This document shows, piece after piece, positions 1 to 12,783 of a stretch of DNA of 64,000 bases (position 1 is its first letter; every line of letters starts with the position of its first letter). The stretch is from Harriotta raleighana (taxonomy: Eukaryota). The DNA lies in assembly GCA_050575255.1 (NCBI GenBank), contig JBNZDD010013700.1, forward strand, positions 6,127,396 to 6,191,395, in the 5' to 3' direction. A program made the translations under genes and the position numbers. Under the pieces are notes generated by a model. That model made no database searches and was not told the origin of the DNA. It saw only the letters and a list, made by a program, of their open reading frames with translations.

Positions 1-177
1 TCACAGTGGTTTCAAAATGTTCTCTTTTTTATAATACATTCTGGATTTTTTTTATCACTCATGTTGAACATTCGATTGTCAAGTTGTAACTCTTAAAGCT
101 CTGTCATATCTCAAATATATTTTACCTTCTTCTCCAATTATAGGATCTTTCACTGGTCTGTCATTGTTGTGTTCCTT

Positions 178-955
178 CAGTCCAGGCTTCACTATGCCAA
201 TGCTCTGCTCGTCGGCCCCCCCAATTCCTCCCTCCACAGGCGGCAAATCATCCAGGACCATCCAATCCAGAATCATCCAGCCCATGTCCTCTCCCATATT
301 AGGTTCTACAAAACTATCACCCAACATCCTGGTCAGACTCCACTAACTTCCCACAGAGGACCTCAATTCAAAATTTTGAATTCTCCAGTCTCCCCTCTGC
401 CACCATTCACAATACTCAGTTCATCCAAAACTCCACCGCCCACCATCTCACCTACACCAAATTTTGTACCTCGATTACCCCAGTCCTTGCAATACTCCAC
501 TAGCTCCCTGTCACAGAGCGGATCGACCACAAGTTCCTCAATTTTGCTTTTAAATCCCTCCATTCCTCAGCACCCCACTACTTCTCTAACCTCATCTCTC
601 CTCACAGCAGTACCCACTGCCTCTGCTCTACTGGGTCCAGCCTCCTCCTCCTCCCCGATTCTTAGGCTCCATCATCAGCAGCCGTGCTTTCAACCACTAC
701 TTCCCAAAACTTTGGGACTCCCTCCCACATAATGTGTTGGGCCAATTGATCATTTCTTGTTAAAACAAAACCTTAACCCTTCACCTCATCCCTACTTCCC
801 CATCTTCAGGTCGTGTCTGAAGACCTTTCTTTTCAACTGCGCTTACGGTCACCTTCTCCCTCTTCCTAGCTCGGTCTCAGGCTCCGACTTTGTTAAGCAT
901 TCTGAGGCACCACCCGGTGTGGAGTGTGCTATATAAATGCAAGTTGTTGTTTTTG
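178..955 (+). mobile_element. L2-clade LINE, 5'-truncated 3' fragment (ORF2 C-terminus, 3' UTR, (TTG)n tail)
   Basis: Translates to SRLHYANALLVGPPNSSLHRRQIIQ, matching the L2 ORF2 motif SRLDYCNALLxGLP..LQxIQN. Ends GCTATATAAATGCAAGTTGTTGTT. Frameshifted. Confidence 0.85.
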
Positions 956-1107
956 TATTTTGTCTGTTAACAAAATGCAGAACCGTTGTTACTTCAACCA
1001 AGAAATCATATATTAAACTATAATATTTAGAAATCCCAGAGAATCCAAACTCAACTGCATTATAAATAATAACAGAAATCCTTACATTTGAAAGAGTGAT
1101 TTTCACG

Positions 1108-1617
1108 TTATAATAATAATTTTTCTATTTGACATAGCACCTTATCACATTGTCGAGATGACTCAAAGCATTTCACAGAATACATTATAAAGTGGATTAA
1201 CTGGGCAAACACAACAGCCAATTTGCCCACAACAATGTCCCACAAACAGTCCTCGAGTGAATGATCAATTTTTGAGGGGGGATTTGTTGCCCAGGATACT
1301 GAGAGAAACTCCCTTCTCTTTTCAAATAGTGGCATGGGTTCTTTAGAGTCCACTTGAACAGGTAGGTAGAACCTCAGTTTAATGTCTCACCTGAAAGACA
1401 GCATTGCTGACAATTCAACATGCCACACCACTATATTTGACTGTTAATTTAGATTATGTGATTCCAAGTCATGATATATTGCTTGAAACCACAACCTCCT
1501 GATTCAGCGGTGGGAGTGCTATCACTNTGACTTGTGATTCCAAGTCATGATGTATTGCTTGAAACCACAACCTCCTGATTCAGCGGTGGGAGTGCTATCA
1601 CTGAGCCAAGCTGACAC
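1108..1617 (-). mobile_element. Deu-domain SINE (SacSINE1/AmnSINE1-like), full length, containing an N-gap duplication
   Basis: Minus-strand head GTGTCAGCTTGGCTCAGTGATAGCACTC, Deu core TTTCAGGTGAGACATTAAACTGAGG...AAAGAACCCATGCCACTATTTGAAAAGAG, (TTA)n tail at 1108-1120. Family named from recalled consensus. Confidence 0.8.
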
Positions 1618-4011
1618 ATAGGTTCAAAGTGTTTCATAGCAACAGCAATTTTCAAGTGTAGTGCCTGTATTTGTAGGCAAGCACAGCTGGTAATTTGCCC
1701 AAAGTAAACTCCCACAATCAGCAATGATCTAGTTATGGATCAAACGCAGAGAATTAAATAGTTTGTAAATCAGGAATTTTAACAGTGTGCAGTGCACTCC
1801 CTACTTTGCAGTTCATTCACATCCACACCAAGTCGTTTTTATATATAATTCTCTCCATCTCTACATGTCCATATTGATAATTGTGTTCAGTAGCTGCTGC
1901 TATGTTGATGTTGAAAATAGTGTTTGCAGACAACTTCAAAATGCTGACTTGAGATGGCCTTCAGACATCCTCCCAAAGTGAAAGGTGCTATACAGATGTA
2001 ATTTGGTTGTTGTTAGATTGTGCATTGGTCACTCCGACCAATGATATCCACACTGCCACAGGAGATGACCTTAAAGAAATCACCAAAGAGAATTTGATAA
2101 AGTCCTTCAGTCCATTTCAGGTCACCATTACAGAAAATCCATTGTACCATCCTCCCATTGCATCTCGCTGTTTTAATTTAAGTTTAATTTTAAAATTAAA
2201 TTTATTCTATTTTTCCTTCATATTTTTCTTCAAATTCTGTGTTAAATACCTATTTTCCCAGCTTCTATATTTCCAGCATCCATTTTTAAAATCAGGTGTC
2301 ATTGAAGGCATGGCAACACCAACACTCAATAATAATAATAATCCTTACTTTAGATATAAGATTTTATCACTTAATTGAGACATTTAAAAGCACCAAATCT
2401 CAAAATTTACTGAAAATTGTTGTGACTATATTTTGTGAATACAGTAACCAATTTTCAGCAATGTCCCACACTTAACACCTACCTCCCTTTTACAGACCAT
2501 GCATCTTATGATTTATCACATCCAGATAGGAGCCAGTTATTTGAGGTTAAAAACAGATTGTTCTTCTATGTGGTTCTAAGTTTTTTGCAATTTCATTCCC
2601 AAATGAAAACTGCTGTAGAAACAGGTGTCTTAATATATTATAAGATCTATGGCTAAAGCTTGAATTTGCATTTCATGTCATTATTATTTCATTTATCATT
2701 TCACCTACAAAGTACATAAACACTACACTTTATTAGTAATATCCCATGAAGCACTTTGAGACATCCTCCCAACGTGCAAGGTGTCATATCAAATGCAAGG
2801 ATTATTATTATAAGTATCTATCAATGTGATTCATGACTCACTTGTAGATAATTGAGATGAACATATTACAGTACCATTCTCACTGACAAATAGAGGTGAA
2901 AAAAAATGCATTGCATTTCAATGTAATAATTCTCACATCAAATCAGTTATGAAACATCACCACATAGTATTCTACAAATTTATTCGATATACAAGTTGTT
3001 CTGAAATCCATGTGTTATCAGGGTAACATTCTAAAAATGTTTACTTTTATCATCTCCATTGGATCATCAATATTGATGCTAATCCTGGAAGTTACTTCTT
3101 TAGAATGCTTAATTTGGTCTGATTTTTCTGACAGCTTCATGTATGGTTTATACCTTGTAAGACAAAGCCTGTTTCATTTCCCTTCAAACAATGTCTTTTT
3201 TTCTGCATAGACATGTTTTGAAACTCCAGTACAATTTCCATTGCAATATTTGTCTGTCTATTTTCATTGCTAGTTTCGTTATTTTGAGTGAAATGATTAC
3301 AAATCTTACTCTTGATATTTGGGGGGAATTTAAATGATTTCCAAATGCAAATACCTGTAAATTATTAACTTCATGGTGTTTTCCTTGGATTTTGTTGCAG
3401 ATTGCATGCAATCTTTCAGTGTATGCCATTCAAATTATATTTTTAAAGTCCTATGGTGCCATCAAATCAATTTCTTTTGATGTGTTTGATTTGCCTTAGA
3501 CAAAATAAGCATAAGCTCCTATCACATTTGAACCTCTGTCATACTGACTATCAAAGTCATTTTCTTGCAAAAAGAAAGAATGCCTTTAGCTAGCTAACCT
3601 TCCCATTGGGTTTCAAATTGACATTAACCATTTCTGCATTGTGGTCAAATGATCACAGCAATGCCTCTAGAAATGACTGAATGATTTCAATTCCCCGATT
3701 CTCTGAGACACATGATATAATTGTATATCCCATCTCACAGCATCTTTTTTCACATTTGTTACTCCCAAATTGATCCTTTTGGTTGACTGTGGACAAAGCG
3801 CAAACTGGAGCATCAGCACCAAATTGTTCATTTTTATGGATCCTTTACTTGATCACATTTTTTTTCCGGTCAGTTTTATTATTCTATTTTATTCTATTTT
3901 TCCAACTATGTACCTCTGAAAATCTATCAAGTCAGAGGGGATCTCATTGAGATGTACTGTCTAACATTTCAAATGGGATTGAAAAAAAATTCCAGAATAA
4001 CATTTTATCAC

Positions 4012-4421
4012 ACACTTGTGTTCAAATCCTTTCAAATTCTGGCACCTTCTTACCTCTTCGACCTCCTAACTCCCCAATCCAACTCCCATGCTTCCGCTCA
4101 ACTGACACCGGACTCCTGCTCATCACTCATACCCTCTGCCTCACCATCGGGGGTCGCACATTGCACTTTGTGCTTGAAACTCTGGAACACTCCACCTCAA
4201 CATCTCTGCCTTTGCCCCCTCTCAAAACGTTCCTCTTCTACTGTACTTATGGCTACCACCACTCACCCCCATTTGAAGTCAGGTTCGACCACTGTTAAGC
4301 ACTCTGAAATGCTACCCTGCATAGAGGGTGACTTGGGACGTCTTCCTGACGTGAAAGGCACGATCCAAATGTAATTTTATTTTGTTGTTGCATATAAGTG
4401 CAAGTTGCTGTTGTTGTTGTT
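4012..4421 (+). mobile_element. Degenerate L2 3' fragment with a second short L2 tail nested in it
   Basis: TLVFKSFQILAPSYL..LWN motif; two (TTG)n-type tails (about 4380 and 4405-4421). Confidence 0.75.
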
Positions 4422-4424
4422 TAA

Positions 4425-4625
4425 TACACACCAAGGAAGTAGAGCAAGAGGGCAATTTTGGAACAGATGGCAGGGAGGATTTTGTTTAATTGATTAACAA
4501 TTGGAACAGGTTGCCAAGGAAGGAAGGTTGATGCTGAAAGATTAGTTTAGATTAATATGGTGAACTGTTTATTCTGGAGCAATGAGATCAAATGGACCAA
4601 AGGACCTTCATCATCCAAACCAATC
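4425..4625 (+). mobile_element. Very degenerate CR1 3' end
   Basis: TTGGAACAGGTTGCCAAGGAAGGAAGGTTGATGC and AATGGACCAAAGGACCTT resemble the CR1 ORF2 C-terminus and 3' UTR. Confidence 0.45.
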
Positions 4626-5570
4626 TTCTAATCCTGTTAAGTGAATTGTTGATACTTTATGTGAATCAATAAATGAGATGACCATTGTTGATTGGTGAGA
4701 TGGAAGAACATCTACTGAGCACTTAAAAACATCTTTTGCTTCATAAAGAAATTGCATTCTTTCAGTCATGGCTGACATCCTTACTACAAGCAATAAACAA
4801 GTCTCTCAGATTTCTATTCGATAATAATATTGTACATTTGGTGCAACATTAGCAATGTTATGAACGTTATACAAATACACAGTTTAATCAGTTGAACAGT
4901 GTATCGTGCTTTGAGACTGTACCAAACACGAATGATGCAATATAAATGCATTGCAACATATGCAATAAAAATTGTCATTAAAGTTGTTTCCAACAGCTGA
5001 ATCACATATTTCTTCAATGTATTACAAATGTATTACTGTATCAGCAGTATTGAATCAATATTTTTCTAGCACTAACGCATAATTCAACCAACGATTTTGA
5101 TTAAGGCTAGTTTAAAACACATGTAAACAGCACTTCTTATATCAGGACTGGAATGTGTTTAGGAATACAGAATTTTATTATGAGTTTATTCAAAGATTCC
5201 CGAACTCGGTCTTACTTCAAGGTTAGGTATTAAAACCATCCCGTTAAGCCATCAGAAGCGACTAAGCAGTCGCTTAGTTTATTTGAAAAACAGGTTCTAC
5301 ATGTTGATTGGCTGCAATTTTTTTAAAATATAACAGTAGTATAACATTCTACATTGTTTAATTAATGAAAGGTGCTATAAATGTAATTTTACTGTTGTAA
5401 TTGGCTGAAAAAAGGGAAGCAAAATGCTTTCTCGTGCATCATCGGTGCTTTGACAGTATACTTTTAGCATTAATGTGATACAGTTTTCAAAGTAGCAAGC
5501 ACTTACATGTGCAACATTTTGTAACCAAAATAATATTTATCACATTGATTCTGTTATGTANATTTAGCAT

Positions 5571-5689
5571 ATTCGCCCACAAATATACAGTCAATTCACT
5601 TTATAGTATATTCTGTGAAGCGCTTTGGGACGTTGATAAGATGTGAAAAGCGCTATATCAAATGCAAGGATTATTATTATTATTATTAT
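5571..5689 (+). mobile_element. 5'-truncated young tRNA-SINE 3' end; presence/absence insertion
   Basis: Near-consensus CACAAATATACAGTCAATTCACTTT...GAAAAGCGCTATATCAAATGCAAGGA(TTA)n. Absent from the duplicated flank at 5463-5560. Confidence 0.9.
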
Positions 5690-7409
5690 TAATGTGATAC
5701 AGTTTCAAAGTAGCAAGCACTTACATGCGCAACATTTTGTAACCAAAATAATATTTATCACATTGATTCTGTTATGTAATGTTGAATTTTGCACCCATTC
5801 CTAAAAAAAATGACCATGGAACTGACCACCTTGGGCCCTGTGTCCCTCCTCTGAATTTTGTGATATTACAGTAGTTTGCACCAAAGCTTATCTGAAAATA
5901 ATTGTGCTTACAGTGTTGCAGTAAGTGTAAGATGAGTGCTGCCTCACACAATATTGACTGAGCTAAGTCTTCAGTGTCTGATTTTGGGTGCAATATTATG
6001 CTAAGGCCAGGGGAGAAATTATCTTTATCAACATGCAGGAGAATAAATTAATCCAAAATGTTTTAACATTGTTTAATGGATTAAATGAACAATGAAGATA
6101 CATAAATAATATAGATCATAAAGTTTCTGGATGCTTCCATCTCCAATGCCCTTTCCTTGTTTAATGCATAACATTTTGGCAGAAACTGACCCCACTGTAC
6201 AATCATTCTTTATATTGTATTCAGCTGGATAAATTTACAGATTTTTAAAAGTGGTTTTCACTTCTAAAACTGATAGTGAAGTGAGCGACAAAGACAGAGG
6301 GGGCTCACAGGAAAAAAAGAGAAATATAAATTTTAGACAATATTTGATAATGACAAAAAATAAATACAGGATCAGTAGAGGATAGAAAGAGACAATGAAG
6401 GAGTTAACAGAGCAAGCAGAATTGGGTTTCATGATTTTAATGGTGTACACTTTCATTCTCATCTTAAGTATTCAACACATGTATTATATTTTCTCAAACT
6501 AAAATCCCCTTTTATGTTAGTTGATTCCCTCTAGTTTTTTTTCCTGAATTGAGTGTATTGATAATAACCAGAGCCCTATATTTTGACCACTGAACATCTA
6601 AAATGCACTATACCCAATGCAAAGTTTACATTTCCTGATATATCCTCAAAAGTTGTGGAATTTATACTGCTATCAATGTAATACCTAGGTCCATTGGGAC
6701 ATGTGTAAGGATGTCCGAACCACAAATAAATGCTTGGCTTTGTTTCGATGAGCACAAGCAGCACTCAGATGACAAAGGGTTGTTATCATTGTTATTTTCC
6801 TGCTAGCTACCTGAGTTTGCAACATTTTATTTTTTATGTTTGCGTTATCCCTGCAAGGTTTCTAAAATTATATCAGAAAATCTCTCCACTGAAGTCGATT
6901 GCATGTCAGTTCTGATCTCCTTAAGGTAGGCTTATAAAGCATTGTGTCAAGCTTCAACTCACTAATTAAGCCATCTTGCTGTGAATGCTTGTGGTCGGGT
7001 TGGTATCTGCTATCAACAAGAGATTCAAACTTCACAGCAGTATTTTTACATTGTTTTCCTAATAAACATCAGAGTCTAATTGAACACAAAGGTCCCCTAT
7101 TTCATAAACAAACACAGCTGTGACATCTATCTGATTATTGCTTCAATTTCTCCATTTGCTTTTTTAAAATTAGAAACATAATTGGATCATAAATGTGATG
7201 GAGTCTTGAAATGTTACCACATCACAAGCCTCATTTTTCATCTCACATACAAAAGAATCTAAATTGTGTGTTTGCTTCAAAGTGCTGATGTATAGGATAT
7301 ATTCTAAATTGGATTTATTGTGTATTTTGTGGGTGAAACACGGCAGCAATGTCCCACACTCAGCTTTGAGTGAATGACCAATTTTATTTGAGGTATTGCA
7401 AATCCCTAA

Positions 7410-7545
7410 CTGTCCAGTGCCTTGGGACGTCATCCTAATGTGAAAGGAGCTATACAAATGTAATTTATTGTTGTTGTCGTCAACAACAAAATTACATTTA
7501 TAAAGCATATTTCACATTGAGAGGATGTCCCAAGGTATTGAACAG
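7410..7545. mobile_element. Two short L2 3' ends joined tail-to-tail
   Basis: + copy 7410-7478 ends TTGTTGTTGTC; - copy starts GTCAACAACAAAATTAC and runs to about 7545. Confidence 0.85.
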
Positions 7546-7559
7546 TCAGGGGTTGGTCA

Positions 7560-7822
7560 GCCAAAACACCGGCTTCTATTATCGAATCGTCCCTTCTATT
7601 ATCGAATAATGCCACGGCATCTTGAGCTTTCAGCTGAAAAGACAGATGAGATCCCAATTTAACATCTCACTCAAAAGGACGGCGCCTTCAATAATGTAAC
7701 ATGTCCCAGGCACTTTATTGGAGTGTCAGTTTAGTCAATACGATTGCAAGTCCGACCTGGGGCTTGAACCCAAAGCCTTCTGACTCAAAGGTGCGAGTCT
7801 TACCACTGAGCTAGGATGACAT
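7560..7822 (-). mobile_element. Deu-domain SINE, 5' half
   Basis: Contains GGGCTTGAACCCAAAGCCTTCTGACTC...CCACTGAGC (head) and TTTAACATCTCACTCAAAAGGACGGC (Deu core). Confidence 0.7.
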
Positions 7823-8479
7823 ATACATATGTTCTGAGATACTACCCCACACAAAGGATGCTTTATCAATGCAAATTGTTGTTTTTGTAGACCTAAATAA
7901 TTGGTGTGTTAAAGTCCTGGCACAAAAAATAAAAGTAGCAATTGTGTTTAATCTAAACTAGATTTAGAGGGGTTTGGCGGTGGATGCTGTGGTAAATGAA
8001 AGAGAACTCAGGCCTAATGGTCACCTGGAAGAGATAAAAAAGGTTGAAGATAACGTAGAGCAAAATATAAGGTGCAAGGATCCCTGAAACAATAACAACA
8101 ACAAATTATATTTGAATAGAGCCTTTCACACCAGGATGATGTCTCAAAGCACAGAAATTATCGGAAACAACAACAACAATAACAAAATTACACTTGTATA
8201 GTGCCTTTCACGTCAAGAGGACATCCTAAAGCGCTGAAAGGGGATAGTGGGGGGATATGGACACAACAGGTAGTTGAGAGGAGATAAGAAGAATTTAAAT
8301 AAATAGGGAAGAGATGTGAATAAAAATGAAAAAGGAGGTATTAGTGAAAAATAACAAGACGGGAAGGTAAGAGTTTGTTCCACTGTCTGTCCTGGAATGC
8401 ACAGAACATGGTGAACAAAATGGGAGAACTGGAACTGGTAATGTAAAGTGAGGAATTGGATGGAATTGCATTCACAGAA

Positions 8480-8690
8480 ACATGTTTATAGATAGAGAGA
8501 ATGTCGTTAGTGACCTTCACCAGGTTATTCCTGACATTGGACAATCAGGGATTTGGACTTGAGCTGGAGGTCAGGATCATGAAGGGTGGAGGGTAGGAGG
8601 AATGACCAAAGTGAAGAGGAAGGTCTTGCAATGGGTGTTGAAGGAAGCAAGAATGGGGGCAAAGCAGAGGGACTCTGGTCTTGATAGGAT
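8480..8690 (-). mobile_element. Degenerate L2 fragments
   Basis: Minus-strand LVKVTNDIL (L2 RT motif TALVKVTNDIL) next to L2 3'-UTR-like sequence. Confidence 0.55.
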
Positions 8691-8798
8691 TTTCTTGTGA
8701 ATTGTAGTAACTGTATTTGTAGGCAAACAGGGCAGACAATTTGGCCACAGCAATGTCAAACAAACAGCTATGAAGTGAATGTTCAAGTTTTTAGGTGG

Positions 8799-9176
8799 AT
8801 AATAATAATCTTGCGTTTTAATAGAGCACATTATCACGTCTTTGAAACATCTCAAAGTGTTTCACAGAATATACTGCAAAGTGAATTCACTGTATATTTT
8901 GTGGGCAAAGTGTGGCAGTCTGGGTTTTTGGCCAGGACACTGGCAGAAACTTCCTTATCTTTTCAGATAATCGGATCTATAATGTCCACCTGAACAGACA
9001 GGCGGGACCTCGGTTTAATATTTCATCTGTAGGGCATCGCTTCCAACAGTGCCGCACATTCCAGCACTACATTGGAGTGTCAGCTAAACAAAAGGAGTTC
9101 AAAGCTCTGTTGTGGGGTTTTAACCCACATCCTTCTGATACAGAGGCTAGAGTGCTACCAAGTAATCCGGGCTGAC
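8799..9176 (-). mobile_element. Deu-domain SINE, near full length
   Basis: (TAA)n tail at 8799; AATGTCCACCTGAACAGACAGGCGGGACCTCGGTTTAATATTTCATC Deu core; head ends GCTGAC at 9176. Confidence 0.8.
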
Positions 9177-10808
9177 AAAACATTCTTTGCTCTATAACCT
9201 GAAGCCATTATAGGATTTACATTACAACACAATACAAATTTATATTTATACAGCACCTTTCATGTTGGGAGGATCCCCAAACTGCTTCAAAAGAATTTGA
9301 AAAGGAATTGGATAAGTACTTGGGGGGAAAATTATATGAAAGGATTTGGGTTTACAGTAGGGAATTGGATTAGTTTAAATACCTCCATGGGGAGTTACTG
9401 CAGGTAAAATAAGTCAATTTGCTTCTTTCTGTGCTGTAAGACACCATCGTGCATGAAGGGCACCATATAAATGCAAGATTTTGCTGTTGTTGTAAACTTT
9501 CAACAATTCTTTGGCATGTATTTGTGATTCGTACAGTTTCTAGTATCTGCATGGTACATTATAAAAGAAAAGAAAGAAGCACTTTGATAGTAAACATTGT
9601 CCTTCAGCATATCCTTGATTCTGAGTAAAGTCCAGATACCTTTAGGGAGTCCTGATAGGAACTTACTTCAGCGCAATACTCCCAAATGCTATGAATTGAT
9701 CATTGAAAAATAATTCCAAAAGTATATTTTACTTGTCATGTTAGTTGCTGGTACTGACTGAACCCCTGCTGGAGTGAAAATGCCTTGAACTTTTTATCAA
9801 AAACATTCAAATCAGTCTCTTGCTAGGTCAGCTAATGAGCTGGCATGGGGTGATCTCTGCTAGAGCAAATCTCCAGTAGACTAATATATCAGGACATTTC
9901 CCAACCAAAGGGAAAGCTCATTAATGGTGCTTTTTGAAACTGATTTGATTATGTTTCGCTTGAGAAAGTGAATATTTTCTCTCATTAGGGTGATTACGTT
10001 TCAAGGTCATCTTTTGAAGCAAATCCTATCAATATAAGATAAATCAGACCCTTTTTTCTTTTGCGTATTTAAATTTTTTAAGGGTTCTGTGCTGTAATTA
10101 ATTTCTTTCTCATATTAAAAGCCATACAGGAAAAAAATATAGAACAAAGGATGTGGGCTCAATCTAAATGTACTTAGGAATCTATTAAGTGTGCGAAATA
10201 TATATGTAGTTTTATTCATTCGACAAAAAAACCTTCAAAAAGGTATTGCTTTTATATTGTTGATTTCTTTTCTCCTCGCTAAACCAAAGTCAGTTTTGCA
10301 AGGTTTGAATATAGTAATAGAGTTTATTTTTGAAAAAAAACTGCTTTGCTGAAAGGTTCTGCAAATTCACATCTGGCATTAAAGCATGTCAGAAATATGT
10401 GCTGAGAAATGTGAGTTAAGCCATGACTGACATTCAAACCGATCTACTCTTGTTGGGTAAGCTTGGCGCATAGCCAGTCTGATGAATGGAACAATTTGTC
10501 CAGTATCAAGAAACTTTAGGGACTAATCTTGCATTTTAGAAATCTAAAGTCTGCAACACATTATAGTCTTGGGACTTACAGTCCAAAATTGTAAGATTGT
10601 GTTAAAGTTTACAAAACTGTCTTTATATCAGGCATAATTTTAATATTAGATTTCCACAGTACCAAAAAAACTGCACAAAACCATCCTCCAAACTAAGACT
10701 GAAGTTAAGAGACTGAAGAGTTATGTGCACTCTTATACTTAAGGACAAAACTGTCTCATAAGTCTATAAAGTGAATAATTTTATGCCTCTGATGTGTCAT
10801 TAAGTAGT

Positions 10809-10975
10809 AATAATAATAATCCCTTTATTTGATATAGCATTTTCATGTCTTCCAGACATCTCAAAGTGCTCCACAGAATATGCTATAAAGTGAATTGACT
10901 GTATTTTTGTGGGCAAAACGCAGCAGCCAATTGCGCACAGCAGTGTCCCACAAACATTCATGGATTAAAATGACT
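10809..10975 (-). mobile_element. tRNA-SINE 3' part
   Basis: (TAA)n tail plus AGTGAATTGACTGTATTTTTGTGGGC...GCAGCCAATTGCGCACAGCAGTGTCCCACAAAC block. Confidence 0.85.
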
Positions 10976-11021
10976 AATCTATTGTTGTTTTTTCAGGAAT
11001 TATTATGAGTAAGTAAAGTTG

Positions 11022-11400
11022 TAGGATGGAATTCCAGAGGTTAGAAGCAGAGTGGCTGAAGGCTTGCAAGCTGATTGTGGGTCGGGTGGGTTGTGGGTCA
11101 TGGAGCAGATCCGCTGAGCGGAGGGAGTGGGCAGGTTGGTATGGGGTTAGGAGATTGGAAAGGTAGAGTGGGGTGAGGCTTTGGAGGGATTTGAAGGTGA
11201 GGGCCAGGATATTGAATTGAATCCTCTGGCTGATGGGGAGCCAATGGAGTGGGACAAGAATGGGCAAGATGGGGTTGCGGAGCTTGAATTGGTAGAGGGC
11301 ATGGGCCACAGAGCTCTGGATGATCTGCAACCTATGGAGGGAGGAATTGGGAAGGCCGACAAGCAAGAGATTGCAAAGTCAAGCCTGAATGTGATGAATG
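11022..11400 (-). mobile_element. L2 ORF2 C-terminal fragment
   Basis: ORF 10974-11366: LVGLPNSSLHRLQIIQ...LHWLPISQRIQFNILALTFKSL..P.YLSNLL...AFSHSASNLWNS, the canonical L2 C-terminus. Confidence 0.9.
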
Positions 11401-12422
11401 ACTCCATATTGGTAGGTGACTCCACACCTTTGCAGTACTGGATTAAGGTTGCATTGTTGGAAGTGCTGTCCTTCAGATGAAGTGCTTATTTTGAAAACAT
11501 AGTTTGTGTGAATTCACATCCTCCCTACGTGAAAGGCACTCTATAAATGTAATTTTGTTGTTGTTGTTGTTGTATATCTGTTTAATTTGCAAGTCCATCT
11601 TCATGGCAGAAATGTTTGCTACAATATTCTGTGAAAGCCAGATTCCAGTCCAACTGTTTTTGAAAAAATGTTCCTCTACCAACTTTGTACTGAGCATGGA
11701 TTGATTTCAAAGCAATTGCTGAAATAATGGAAAATTCGGAATTAAATTTGGTGTACTTAAACATAAGGTTTGAATCCAATTTGATATTCACCCTATATAA
11801 ATAAAAGTTATTGTTATCATTGGCTAATGCACTAAACTTGGACAATCCAAATCCCAGTGTACACGGTGTGGTATATCTGTCATGACAGAATCTCTGTTAA
11901 ACCAGGAACATGTGTAAAGGGTACGCCTAATAATCTTCAGTGGCCTGCTGTTAGGCACTGAATTTAAAGAACACAAATTTAACCATCACAGAATCAAGTT
12001 GCTTTTATCTCCCAGAAAAGAAACAAACACAACAGTGAGGTGAACAAAATTGAATTTCTGATCAGAATTGATCAAAGCAAGCAATTTGTTTCATTCTAAG
12101 CATGCACGACACTGCAACATACCTTGTCACAAGTGCTTGACAGTCATGGCTTGGTACCCGAGCTGGGAGTGTGAGCCAATTGGGGTGCAGTCGGGAAAGA
12201 TGACAGAAGGCCTAATCAAAAATGTATTGAGTTGGAGGAATTCTGGATGGAGTACCAATGAGTGGGGACAGATAGGCTGAATGCCTGCTTGCTGATTTTG
12301 GTGCAGGTAGAGTGGTGGACATGAAGCAGGCCGGTGTCTGCTCAACAAAGGGAGCACCTGAGTTGGTACGGTAATTCGGCAGAAAATGGCATGAATGGTC
12401 AGATGATACAATGCTCTTTATT

Positions 12423-12783
12423 GGAACTCCTGTGGCTCAGTGGTTAGAGCACTCGCCTTACATGCCTTACAAGCATGAGACCTGTGTTCGAATCCAGGGA
12501 GATCAGGGCGAAACCTTGGGCAAGTTTCCTTACTCCACATGCCTAATAATAATCCCTCCAAAAAAACTACAATAATAAAATTGGTCATTTCAATCTATGA
12601 CTGTTTGTGGGACGCTGCTGTGCGCAATTGGCTGCCGCGTTCCGCCCACAAATATACAGTCAATTCACTTTACAGTATATTCTGTGAAGCGCTTTGGGAT
12701 GTTGATAAGATGTGAAAAGCATTATATCACATCTACAACAACAAAACTACATTTTTAGAGTTCCTTAATGCAAGGATTATTAT
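12423..12783 (+). mobile_element. Full-length tRNA-derived SINE with L2-type tail (dominant family; SINE2-1_CM-like from memory)
   Basis: Pol III A box TGGCTCAGTGG, B box GTTCGAATC, body GGGCAAGTTTCCTTACTCCACATGCC, tail AATGCAAGGATTATT. Confidence 0.9.

Noticed and set aside
4-20. CAGTGGTTTCAAAATG as a hAT-Charlie left TIR
   Set aside because: No partner TIR or TSD found, and it lies at the window edge.
4611-5017. Resemblance of LKKYVIQLL..IFI and MTERMQFL to recalled TEX15 motifs
   Set aside because: The motifs are in different frames, their spacing is about twice what I recall, and the similarity is short and from memory only.
5146-5221. Plus-strand exon-like segment DWNVFRNTEFYYEFIQRFPNSVLLQ (also 6858-6925; minus strand 25352-25401)
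   Set aside because: Splice-like ends are present, but there is no recognisable protein and no phase-compatible neighbouring exon.
12423-12500. tRNA gene (A and B boxes, TAC-like loop)
   Set aside because: Continues into a SINE body and tail, occurs in many diverged copies, and has no intact acceptor stem.
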